A stretch of 64,000 bases of DNA from Casimicrobium sp. (GTDB lineage: Bacteria; Pseudomonadota; Gammaproteobacteria; Burkholderiales; Casimicrobiaceae): the NCBI GenBank assembly GCA_040079845.1, contig JBEBJR010000001.1, positions 128,386 through 192,385 of the forward strand, written 5' to 3'. Both the position numbers and the translations under genes were made by a program. The notes under the pieces were generated by a model. The model was given only the letters and a program-made list of their open reading frames with translations. It did not search any database and was not told where the DNA came from. This document shows, one piece after another, positions 56,212-64,000 of the stretch; position 1 is the first letter of the stretch; each line of letters starts with the position of its first letter.

Positions 56212-57207
56212 GTGACCACCGCCAAACAAACTAGCGTCGCCATGCAGGACGAGTTGTTCCTCCAAGTCAGCGTAGCAGCCAAACGCGAAATCGCGACCAA
56301 CACGTTTCTTTTTGAGCTTGTCGCAACCGGTCGCGACGGTCCGCAATCCCTGCCAACCTTCACTGCGGGCTCGCACCTGACGGTGGTTACCCCGAGTGGC
56401 GTTCGCCGAAACTACTCGCTCTGTGGAGACCCAGCCGACACAAAGCGCTACTGCATTGCGGTGAAACGCGACGCCAACGGACGCGGCGGTTCTATCAGCA
56501 TGGCCGACGATGTGTTGACGGGAAGCACGTTGCAGATCAGCGCACCGCGCAACAATTTCGCACTCGCGCCACGTGGGAAGAAGTTTCTGTTCATCGCGGG
56601 CGGCATTGGCATCACGCCAATTCTGTCGATGATGCGCCACCTTAAACACGGTGACCTTGCAGATTCCTTTTCGCTCATCTATTGCACACGCAATGCAGAA
56701 AATACTGCATTCGCTGCCGAGTTAGCGTCAGAATTTTCGGGCAAAGTAATGCTTCACCACGACCACGGCGATGTGAATCAGGCGTTCGATTTTTGGCCCG
56801 TGTTGGAGCGCCCGAGCGGCGCACATATTTACTGCTGCGGCCCCAAGGCGCTGATGGATGCCGTTGCCGATATGTCGGGCCATTGGCCGACGGGCAGCGT
56901 TCATTTTGAGAGCTTTGGTGTGGATGCGACGGCCTTCGCGCATAACATAGCGTTTGACGTCTTGCTACAAAAATCGGCGCAAACGCTGCACGTTAGCGCC
57001 GATCAAACACTGCTAGAAGCGCTGCGTGCGAACGGTTGCGCCGTGCGAAGCTCGTGCGAAAGTGGCACCTGCGGCTCGTGCAAAACAGGACTCATTTCTG
57101 GCGATGTTGAACACCGCGACATGGTGCTGCTCGACGAGGAACGCGAAAGTCACATCATGGTCTGTGTATCGCGCGCACGCTCGGGCCAATTGGTGTTGGA
57201 TCTGTGA
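56212..57207 (+). CDS. Phthalate dioxygenase reductase-like flavin/[2Fe-2S] reductase
   Basis: RRNYSL flavin motif, an NAD domain, and a C-terminal CESGTCGSC...C ferredoxin. The start is either GTG 56212 or ATG 56242. Confidence 0.78.
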   Translation: MTTAKQTSVAMQDELFLQVSVAAKREIATNTFLFELVATGRDGPQSLPTFTAGSHLTVVTPSGVRRNYSLCGDPADTKRYCIAVKRDANGRGGSISMADDVLTGSTLQISAPRNNFALAPRGKKFLFIAGGIGITPILSMMRHLKHGDLADSFSLIYCTRNAENTAFAAELASEFSGKVMLHHDHGDVNQAFDFWPVLERPSGAHIYCCGPKALMDAVADMSGHWPTGSVHFESFGVDATAFAHNIAFDVLLQKSAQTLHVSADQTLLEALRANGCAVRSSCESGTCGSCKTGLISGDVEHRDMVLLDEERESHIMVCVSRARSGQLVLDL

Positions 57208-58421
57208 ACACCTACAACGAACAGAACACCACGGCACAAGCGTTGCCGCCGATTCGTGTAGGCGTGTTGGGCCTTGGGCGCGCATTCACGCTCATGCTGC
57301 CGACGTTGTCGCGTGACCCGCGCGTGAAACTCGTGGCGGCGTACGATCCCGAACACAGCGCCTGCTCGAAGTTCGCGAAAGATTTCGACGGTCGCGTACA
57401 CGTGTTGCCCGAAGCGCTGTTTGCGGATAACGAAGTAGAGCTCGTCTACATCGCCACGCCTCACCAAATGCATGCTGCGCACGTTGCGTTCGCCGCCGCC
57501 GCGGGCAACCATGTGCTCCTCGAAAAACCAATGGCAATCACGATGGATGATTGCGATTCCATGATCGCAGCGATGCGAGCGGCCGAACGCCATTTGATCG
57601 TAGGCCCAAGCCATAGTTTTGATGCGCCGGTGCTAAAGGCGCGCGCGATTATTGAATCGGGCGAGTTGGGCCGGGTGCGCATGATTACCGCGCTCAATTT
57701 CACCGATTTTTTGTATCGCCCGCGCCGTCCGGAAGAGCTACAAACAGAGCAGGGCGGCGGCGTGGTTCACAGCCAAGCGGCGCACCAGTTGGATGTCGTT
57801 CGCCTGCTCGGTGGCGGCCTCGTGACGAGCGTTCGCGCGCACGTTGGGCGTTGGGACAGCGCACGACCGACAGAAGGCGCGTATGCCGCAATGCTCGCCT
57901 TCGCCGACGGTACGTTTGCCAGCCTCACTTACAGTGGCTATGCGCACTTCGATAGCGACGAATGGATGGGCTGGCAGGGCGAACTCGGCGCAACGAAAAA
58001 TTCGGACGACTACGGCGTAGCGCGCCGACGGCTTGCGGCAATCTCCAACGCAGACGACGAAGCCCGCGCCAAGGCCGGTCGAAACTACGGCGGCCCCAGT
58101 TACGTCGCGCCGCCATCGCCCGCCACGCACGAGCATTTCGGCCCCGTCATTGTTAGCTGCGAGCGCGGCGACCTGCGGCTCGTGCCGGATGGCGTGTGGG
58201 TGTACGGCAACGAATCGCGCCGATTCGAACCCACGCCGATGGCGGACGTTCCGCGCCGTGAAGTGATCGACGAGCTGTGGGCCGTTTTGCGAGCGGGCCG
58301 CCCGCCGCAGCACGACGGTGCATGGGCGCGTGCCACCACGGAGGCGAGCCTTGCGATTCTCGAATCTGCGAAACGCAATTGCGAAGTGCAACTGCATCAA
58401 CAAGTGGCATGGCAGCGATAA
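57204..58421 (+). CDS. Gfo/Idh/MocA-family dehydrogenase (candidate phthalate cis-dihydrodiol dehydrogenase)
   Basis: 405 aa with the N-terminal Rossmann RVGVLGLGRAF. A GTGA overlap joins it to the reductase gene. Confidence 0.65.
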   Translation: MNTYNEQNTTAQALPPIRVGVLGLGRAFTLMLPTLSRDPRVKLVAAYDPEHSACSKFAKDFDGRVHVLPEALFADNEVELVYIATPHQMHAAHVAFAAAAGNHVLLEKPMAITMDDCDSMIAAMRAAERHLIVGPSHSFDAPVLKARAIIESGELGRVRMITALNFTDFLYRPRRPEELQTEQGGGVVHSQAAHQLDVVRLLGGGLVTSVRAHVGRWDSARPTEGAYAAMLAFADGTFASLTYSGYAHFDSDEWMGWQGELGATKNSDDYGVARRRLAAISNADDEARAKAGRNYGGPSYVAPPSPATHEHFGPVIVSCERGDLRLVPDGVWVYGNESRRFEPTPMADVPRREVIDELWAVLRAGRPPQHDGAWARATTEASLAILESAKRNCEVQLHQQVAWQR

Positions 58422-58428
58422 TTCGGCC

Positions 58429-58977
58429 ATGACCTCCACGCCCACGCCAACATCCACGCTACCCCGCAAATCAGCCAAAAAAACGCCAAAAAAGTCGTGC
58501 GAACCGCAAGCCATCTTGCGCCACTGGCAGCAGGCCGTTCCCGATGATCGATTCGCGCACTTGGTGAAAGACGCCACGCGCTCGTTTCAACGCTCGCTAC
58601 AAATGCGTTTGGTGCAACACGGCGTGCCGTTTGGGCACTGGACTTTTTTGCGCGCACTATGGGAGCGCGACGGCATCACACAAAAGCAGCTCTCCGACGA
58701 AGCCGGCGTGATGGAGCCCACCACGCTCATGGCTGTGCGCGCAATGGAAACCAAAGGCTGGGTAGAGCGCCGTCAACACGCGGACAATCGCAAAAACGTA
58801 CACATCTATCTCACCGAATCCGGGCACGCGCTAAAGGCCGTGCTCGTGCCGCTAGCGGAAACGGTAAACGGCTTAGGGCTCGGCGACTTGCCAGACGACG
58901 ACATCGCCGTAGCACGCAAAGTTTTACTAGCGATCATCACCAATCTGGCGCGGGATGTCACCGGCGAGGGGCAGTAA
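58429..58977 (+). CDS. MarR-family transcriptional regulator
   Basis: Winged helix QKQLSDEAGVMEPTTLMAVRAMETKGWVERR. Start moved to ATG 58429. Confidence 0.8.
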   Translation: MTSTPTPTSTLPRKSAKKTPKKSCEPQAILRHWQQAVPDDRFAHLVKDATRSFQRSLQMRLVQHGVPFGHWTFLRALWERDGITQKQLSDEAGVMEPTTLMAVRAMETKGWVERRQHADNRKNVHIYLTESGHALKAVLVPLAETVNGLGLGDLPDDDIAVARKVLLAIITNLARDVTGEGQ

Positions 58978-58988
58978 GCTACTTGGTG

Positions 58989-59082
58989 TGGTGCCCGGGA
59001 CGGGAATCGAACCCGTACGCCCGCTATTCACGAAAGCGGCGGATTTTAAGTCCGCTGTGTCTACCAATTCCACCACCCGGGC
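58989..59082 (-). tRNA. tRNA-Leu (anticodon UAA), class II with a long variable arm and encoded CCA
   Basis: Reverse complement reads GCCCGGG-UG-GUGGAAUUGGUAGACAC-A-GCGGA-CU-UAA-AA-UCCGC-(22-nt variable region)-ACGGGUUCGAUUCCCGU-CCCGGGC-ACCA. Total 94 nt. Confidence 0.85.
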
Positions 59083-59117
59083 ACGAGTGCGTTGTTCGAC
59101 TTTTTAGATTCTAGCCG

Positions 59118-59840
59118 CTAGCTGCGTGCGCCCTGGGTAACCCCGAGTAGAAACAGTGTCGGGGATTTTGTGGCGAAGTGCGCTTGGTCTGCTGCTGTCC
59201 ACGCGTTCACAGGTTTGGAGATGATGAGTTCGTTTTCGCTCGCTAGATTTTGGGCGACGCAGAGCGCAATGTTGCCGTTTAGGGTTTGCGTGATCGCCTG
59301 AAGCATCGGCGTGTTGCGATACGGTGTTTCGATGAAAATTTGCGTGCTGCGTGTGGATTGAATACTGCGCTCAAGTTGCTTCAATGCGGCGTCGCGTTCG
59401 ACGGGTTTGGCGGGCAGATAGCCGTGAAACGAAAAGTGTTGGCCGTCGAAACCACTGGCCATCAAGCCGAGGAGCACGGAAGATGGCCCAACGAGCGGCA
59501 CAACCAGCGCGCCAACCCGATGTGCGACACCAGCGAATGCAGCACCGGGGTCCGCCATTCCGGGACAACCCGCATCGGAAATCACACCCACATCTATGCC
59601 CGCTTGCAGCCACGCTTTGCATTGCGCTTGCGCCTCGTCGTTGGGCTCACACGCGACCATGTGAATGTCTGCGATGACGCGCTCGGGAGATAGCGTTTTT
59701 AGGAACGCACGCGCGACTTTCGGCGTTTCCACGATGAAATGTGTCAGGCGTTGTGCGATGGCGATGGTTCGCGCCGGGAGCACGTCGCTAGGAGCCGAGA
59801 CACCGAGCAGATTGGGGACTAGGTACAGCGTGCCGCTCAT
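59118..59840 (-). CDS. Tetrapyrrole-methylase-fold SAM-dependent methyltransferase (RsmI/YraL-like)
   Basis: 240 aa with GTLYLVPNLLG and ISDAGCPGMADPG. Confidence 0.75.
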   Translation of the reverse strand: MSGTLYLVPNLLGVSAPSDVLPARTIAIAQRLTHFIVETPKVARAFLKTLSPERVIADIHMVACEPNDEAQAQCKAWLQAGIDVGVISDAGCPGMADPGAAFAGVAHRVGALVVPLVGPSSVLLGLMASGFDGQHFSFHGYLPAKPVERDAALKQLERSIQSTRSTQIFIETPYRNTPMLQAITQTLNGNIALCVAQNLASENELIISKPVNAWTAADQAHFATKSPTLFLLGVTQGARS

Positions 59841-60409
59841 AGCACACCTATTTCACGTAGAAAGTCGGTCAAGCGAATGAGCGGGAGACCGATGATGGCG
59901 GTTGGGTCGTCGCTGCGGATGGCCGAGAGCAGGGCGATGCCTGACGTTTCTACTTTTACGGCTCCAGCTGCGTCGAACGGCCTTTCGCGCTCAAGGTAGG
60001 CGATGAGTACGTCGTCCTGCAGATTTCGGTAGGCGATTTTTGTGGCTACAACGTCCACTAGCGGTGCGCGGCCGGGCGCGGCGACGCACAGCGCCGTGTA
60101 GCACTGGAGTGTTTTGCCCTGGCAGCGCTTGAGCTGAGCCAGCGCGTTGGCGAAATCGCCGGGTTTGGAAAGCGCTTCGCCGTCGAGATCGAGCACTTGA
60201 TCGGAGCCGATCACGATGGCGTTGGGGTGCATTTCGGCCACGGCGGCGGCTTTATCTGTGGCGAGGCGTGTGCAGTTGGCGAGCGGTGACTCGTTGATTA
60301 GCTGAATTTCTTCTACTAGCGGCGATTCAACGGAAAACGGGAGGCCGAGGCGCTCGAGCAGTTCGCGGCGGTAGCGGGAGGTGGAGGCGAGGATGAGCGG
60401 AGAGGACAT
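59837..60409 (-). CDS. maf: Maf-family nucleoside-triphosphate pyrophosphatase (YceF-like)
   Basis: LILASTSRYRRELL...GSDQV. Start moved to ATG 60409. A 4-nt overlap joins it to the downstream gene. Confidence 0.85.
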   Translation of the reverse strand: MSSPLILASTSRYRRELLERLGLPFSVESPLVEEIQLINESPLANCTRLATDKAAAVAEMHPNAIVIGSDQVLDLDGEALSKPGDFANALAQLKRCQGKTLQCYTALCVAAPGRAPLVDVVATKIAYRNLQDDVLIAYLERERPFDAAGAVKVETSGIALLSAIRSDDPTAIIGLPLIRLTDFLREIGVL

Positions 60410-60575
60410 TGGGGAAATGTAGGTGAAAAGCGCGTCAGCGACGCGGGTATAGCGCAACGCTACGAATATAGTTATAATCGTGGGCTTTCGTCTTTGGGCT
60501 AACTATTTGACTTCCAAGGCCTTTTCCGCATTTTGGTGGGGCTCGAAAAAGTTGTGGTCAGCATAAGTTTTACCG

Positions 60576-61073
60576 ATGGTGGCCAAAATAGCTCAAGACG
60601 GCGTGCAGGCAGCGGACGCAGACTGGAAATTTCGCCAGAACGCAACGAATTTTGCCCGTCAAGGCTACGCGATTCACGGATTGCTGAATTCAGCGCTGTT
60701 GACGCGGGCTGCTGACGACGACACGACCGTAAAAGAGATTTGTGGATCGGTGCAGGCGCTAGCGAAAGCGGTGTCTGAGCGATCGGGATTTGTGGTTGCG
60801 GCGGCAGGGCGGATAGGCTTGACCTGTCAGTCTTGTGGCGATGCGTTTGAGTTGCGAGTGGATTCACAATCGGTGATTCATGTCGCGCGCGACGCAGCGG
60901 AGCTTGCGAGTTGGGAAGATGAAGCGTTCGAGAGTATTGGCGGAGACGAAAAAACCTCTGCACTCGAATTGGTAGAAGATGAATTGTTGCTCGCGATACC
61001 TTACGTACCGCGGTGCGAAAAATGTGATGTGGCAGGCGACGATGATGCGCCGCTATCACGCGAATTTAGTTAG
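60576..61073 (+). CDS. yceD: YceD/DUF177 family protein
   Basis: 165 aa. Conserved position upstream of rpmF-plsX. Two C-x-x-C pairs (CQSCGD, CEKCD). Confidence 0.8.
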   Translation: MVAKIAQDGVQAADADWKFRQNATNFARQGYAIHGLLNSALLTRAADDDTTVKEICGSVQALAKAVSERSGFVVAAAGRIGLTCQSCGDAFELRVDSQSVIHVARDAAELASWEDEAFESIGGDEKTSALELVEDELLLAIPYVPRCEKCDVAGDDDAPLSREFS

Positions 61074-61108
61074 TTTTATTTCAGGTTACGAAGTTTTAGG
61101 AGACCCTC

Positions 61109-61291
61109 ATGGCTGTTCAGCAGAATAAAAAATCCCCATCGAAACGCGGCATGCATCGCGCTCACGATTTCCTTACCGCACCACACTTGGCTATCGAGCC
61201 AGTGACGGGCGAAGTGCATCGTCGTCACCACATCAGCCCGAACGGTTTCTACCGTGGTCAAAAGGTCGTTCAGACCAAAGCTGACGAGTAA
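61109..61291 (+). CDS. rpmF: 50S ribosomal protein L32
   Basis: Begins [20 protein letters not shown]. Confidence 0.95.
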   Translation: MAVQQNKKSPSKRGMHRAHDFLTAPHLAIEPVTGEVHRRHHISPNGFYRGQKVVQTKADE

Positions 61292-61329
61292 ATCACTCCT
61301 TGTCGTCCAACGTTAACGAGGCGCACCCC

Positions 61330-62385
61330 ATGCGCATCGCGATTGACGTCGACGGCGGCGATCACGGCGCGGCAGTAACGCTGCCCGCCGTCGCCAGTTT
61401 TCTTTCGACTCGCCCCGAAGCACAGGTTGTGCTGGTCGGGCTTGAGTCGTCACTTGCGTTAGCAGATAAGTATCTTCCAGCCTCGGTAGCGAGCCGCGTT
61501 TCGCGCGTTGTCGCCACCGAAGTCGTGGGCATGGATGAGTCGCCCGCGCTAGCGCTCAAGAACAAGAAGCAGTCCACGCTTCGCTTGGCCTTAGACGCCG
61601 TGAAAAAAGGCGAGGCCGACGCCTGCGTGAGTGCAGGCAACACCGGCGCGCTGATGGCTACCGCGCGTTTCGTGCTCAAAACCTTGCCCGGCATTGATCG
61701 CCCGGCGATCGCGTCGGTCATGCCTTCCCCTGAGGGCAACGGCATCCATTCCGACGGCGGCTCGATCATGTTGGATTTGGGCGCGAACGTGGATTGCACG
61801 GCCGAGCACTTGCGCCAGTTCGCTGTCATGGGCGCTGCGCTTTGTTCTGTTTTGACCGGCAACGCGCGCCCGACGGTGGGCCTTCTGAACATCGGTGAAG
61901 AAGACATCAAGGGCAATGAGACGGTCAAGGCTGCGGCTGAGTTGATTCGCGCGACTGATTTGAATTTCATCGGGAACGTCGAAGGCACGGATGTCTACAC
62001 TGGCCGCGTTGATGTGATCGTTTGCGACGGTTTCGTTGGCAACGTCGCGCTGAAATCGTCCGAAGGGATTGCGCGTTTGATGACGCAAATGCTGCGCGAA
62101 GAATTCACACGAACCATGTTGTCAAAACTGAGCGCAGTAGCCGCCAATGGTGTGCTTCAGCGCTTCAAGGCAAGGCTCGATCCGTCGACGCATAACGGTG
62201 CGACGCTACTGGGTTTGCGTGGCATCGTGGTGAAGAGCCACGGTGGTGCGGAAGCCGCAGGATTTGCCATTGCGATTGACCGCGCCTACAACGAAGCCAC
62301 GCACAATCTGATTGCTGGGCTGACTGAGCGCCTCACTGCGCAACACGCGCAATCGGCAAAAGCAACATACAGCACAGACAACTAA
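61330..62385 (+). CDS. plsX: Phosphate:acyl-ACP acyltransferase PlsX
   Basis: MRIAIDVDGGDHG...SAGNTGALMA. Start moved to ATG 61330. Confidence 0.92.
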   Translation: MRIAIDVDGGDHGAAVTLPAVASFLSTRPEAQVVLVGLESSLALADKYLPASVASRVSRVVATEVVGMDESPALALKNKKQSTLRLALDAVKKGEADACVSAGNTGALMATARFVLKTLPGIDRPAIASVMPSPEGNGIHSDGGSIMLDLGANVDCTAEHLRQFAVMGAALCSVLTGNARPTVGLLNIGEEDIKGNETVKAAAELIRATDLNFIGNVEGTDVYTGRVDVIVCDGFVGNVALKSSEGIARLMTQMLREEFTRTMLSKLSAVAANGVLQRFKARLDPSTHNGATLLGLRGIVVKSHGGAEAAGFAIAIDRAYNEATHNLIAGLTERLTAQHAQSAKATYSTDN

Positions 62386-62474
62386 CCGCTTTTGCTGTGA
62401 TTTAGCCTCCGTTGAGGCTCGCTTGCGCTGCGTTTCCGCATTGCCGCAAATGCTGATTAAATCGATGTTTCCAG

Positions 62475-63467
62475 ATGCTGCCAAATGCGTTGAAAGCGAC
62501 GCCGAGCCCCGTGTTCACTAAGATCATCTCCACTGGAAGCTATCTTCCAGAAAAAATTCTCACGAACGACGATTTGTCGAAATTCGTTGATACTTCCGAT
62601 GAGTGGATTCGCTCGCGCTCAGGCATCCAGTCTCGTCATATTGCCGCTGACGGCGAAGAGACGAGCGACCTTGCCGTGATGGCCGCTAAGCGCGCGCTCG
62701 AAGGCGCTGGCCTTGCCGCGACCGACGTCGATTTGATCGTGGTGGCAACGACCACGCCGGATGTCGTGTTCCCGAGCACGGCGTGCATCGTACAAGACAA
62801 ACTGGGCGCGAAAAACGCGGCAGCATTTGACATTCAGGCTGTATGTTCTGGCTTTGTCTACTCGCTTGCTGTCGTCGACAAAATGGTGGCTAGCGGCGCT
62901 TACAAAAACGTGCTGGTGATCGGCGCTGAGGTGTATTCGCGCATCGTCAATTGGAAAGATCGCGGTACGTGCGTGCTGTTTGGCGACGGCGCCGGCGCGG
63001 TGGTGCTCACACAGTCGTCTCAGCCCGGAATTCTCGCGACAAAGCTTCATGCTGACGGTAGTCGTCGCTCGATTTTGAACGTGCCGGGCCATGTACGCAA
63101 CGGCGTGGTTTATGGCGATCCGTACGTGCAAATGGACGGCCCCGCGGTGTTCAAAATGGCGGTGCAAGTCATGGCCGATGTGTGTAACGAAACGCTGGCG
63201 ATGGCAAACTTGACCGCGAGCGATATTGACTGGCTGGTGCCGCATCAGGCCAACGTGCGCATCATCGACGCCACGGGCAAGCGCCTTGGCATATCGCCCG
63301 ACAAAACGATTGTGACGGTGCAAGGGCAGGGCAACACCTCCGCTGCGTCGATTCCGTTGGCGCTGGACACCGCTGCGCGCGATGGCCGTATCAAACCAGG
63401 CCAGCTCGTACAAACGGTGGGCGTGGGCGGCGGATTTACGTGGGGCAGTGCGTTGATTCGTTGGTAA
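62475..63467 (+). CDS. fabH: 3-oxoacyl-ACP synthase III (canonical FabH)
   Basis: 330 aa with AVCSGF (Cys), VPHQANVRI (His) and GNTSAASIP (Asn). Sits in the plsX-fabH-fabD order. Confidence 0.92.
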   Translation: MLPNALKATPSPVFTKIISTGSYLPEKILTNDDLSKFVDTSDEWIRSRSGIQSRHIAADGEETSDLAVMAAKRALEGAGLAATDVDLIVVATTTPDVVFPSTACIVQDKLGAKNAAAFDIQAVCSGFVYSLAVVDKMVASGAYKNVLVIGAEVYSRIVNWKDRGTCVLFGDGAGAVVLTQSSQPGILATKLHADGSRRSILNVPGHVRNGVVYGDPYVQMDGPAVFKMAVQVMADVCNETLAMANLTASDIDWLVPHQANVRIIDATGKRLGISPDKTIVTVQGQGNTSAASIPLALDTAARDGRIKPGQLVQTVGVGGGFTWGSALIRW

Positions 63468-63477
63468 CCGTGCCGAA

Positions 63478-63502
63478 CGTAGGGTGCAATCTCATTGCAC
63501 CC
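63478..63502. repeat. GTAG-headed hairpin cGTAGGgtgcaat-ctc-attgcaccc (REP-like; possible fabH terminator)
   Basis: 9-bp perfect stem. Same cGTAGGG head as the units at 8634 and 23176. No U-tract. Confidence 0.45.
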
Positions 63503-63537
63503 AGTGGTTGGTCCAGGAATGCGTCGGGCAAGGATAT

Positions 63538-63655
63538 GGCTTTATGGCTCTAGCGACTGGCCGACGGTCGTTCCAGCGAGAAAAGCACGTTAGTCGACTA
63601 TTTAGAAAATTTAGCTGAAACGACCGCCTGTCGGTCGCTAGCGCAAGAAAGCTGA
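63538..63655. repeat. ~119-nt palindromic intergenic element, copy F
   Basis: GGCTTTATGGCTCTAGCGAC-N9-GTCGTT ... TTAGTCGACTATT ... CTGAAACGAC-N9-GTCGCTAGCGCAAGAAAGCTG. Ends 1-2 nt before the fabD ATG. Confidence 0.8.
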
Positions 63656-63656
63656 T

Positions 63657-64000
63657 ATGAAAATCGCATTTGTTTTTCCGGGGCAAGGTTCGCAGTCTGT
63701 GGGCATGATGGCGGGCTATGTTGGCCTTGCGCAAATTGACGAAACGATGGCTGCTTCGGACGCGGCGCTTGGCTCGCCACTCACGGCACTTATCGCCAAC
63801 GGACCCACGGAAGAATTGGCCGTAACCACCACGACTCAGCCGGCAATGCTCGCCGCTGACGTTGCGGTGTGGAATGCGTGGGTCGCTGCGGGCGGGCCGA
63901 TGCCGTCGATGGTCGCGGGGCACAGCCTGGGCGAATACGCAGCCTTGGTTGCCGCTGGCGTGTTGAATTTTGATGCGGCAATGAAGCTCGTGAAAGCGCG
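63657..64000 (+). CDS. fabD: Malonyl-CoA:ACP transacylase, 3'-truncated by the window edge
   Basis: MKIAFVFPGQGSQ...VAGHSLGEY. The frame is open to the end of the window. Confidence 0.92.
   Translation, partial: MKIAFVFPGQGSQSVGMMAGYVGLAQIDETMAASDAALGSPLTALIANGPTEELAVTTTTQPAMLAADVAVWNAWVAAGGPMPSMVAGHSLGEYAALVAAGVLNFDAAMKLVKA

Noticed and set aside
53646-59082. A possible tRNA-Leu-associated genomic island carrying the phthalate genes.
   Set aside because: The window has no integrase, no excisionase and no visible direct repeat of the tRNA 3' end, and the flanking genes look chromosomal. It is kept only as a comparative-genomics question inside the pht finding.

Overview
This is a 64-kb stretch of a GC-rich proteobacterial chromosome. 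EarP-type EF-P suggests a beta- or gammaproteobacterium, but no rRNA is present to confirm that. Most of the window is ordinary core metabolism and housekeeping: apbE, efp/earP, tal-zwf-hexR, pssA, leuA, tldD, rsgA, orn, and the yceD-rpmF-plsX-fabH-fabD fatty-acid cluster. One tRNA-Leu(UAA) is present. I saw no rRNA, CRISPR array, transposase, integrase or phage genes.

The best candidate for something new is a single giant gene at 17193-22067. It encodes a STAND/NLR-like protein built as unknown N-terminal domain, TIR-like domain, NACHT NTPase, pentapeptide repeats, then 13 near-identical WD40 repeats. The WD40 array contains a perfect 316-nt internal direct repeat, and its variation is confined to a few columns of the repeat unit.

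Other accessory-looking content:
- A four-gene minus-strand operon made almost entirely of unknown-function domains (DedA-disulfide reductase fusion, DUF547, ATP-grasp, DUF3047).
- A ~5-kb TetR/oxidoreductase/hydrolase cassette lying between an intact fabH-like gene and a decayed second copy of that gene's 3' end.
- A complete phthalate-to-protocatechuate gene set next to the tRNA.
- A Leu-rich leader peptide upstream of leuA.
- A small protein with a sorting-signal-like module in its middle.

The intergenic DNA carries at least two repeat systems. One is six copies of a ~119-nt palindromic MITE/ERIC-like element, two of which end within 1-2 nt of a start codon and one of which appears to supply a gene's 5' end. 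The other is a set of GTAG-headed REP hairpins. All calls come from reading the sequence and the supplied ORF track, with no database search, and many start codons were moved relative to the ORF track.
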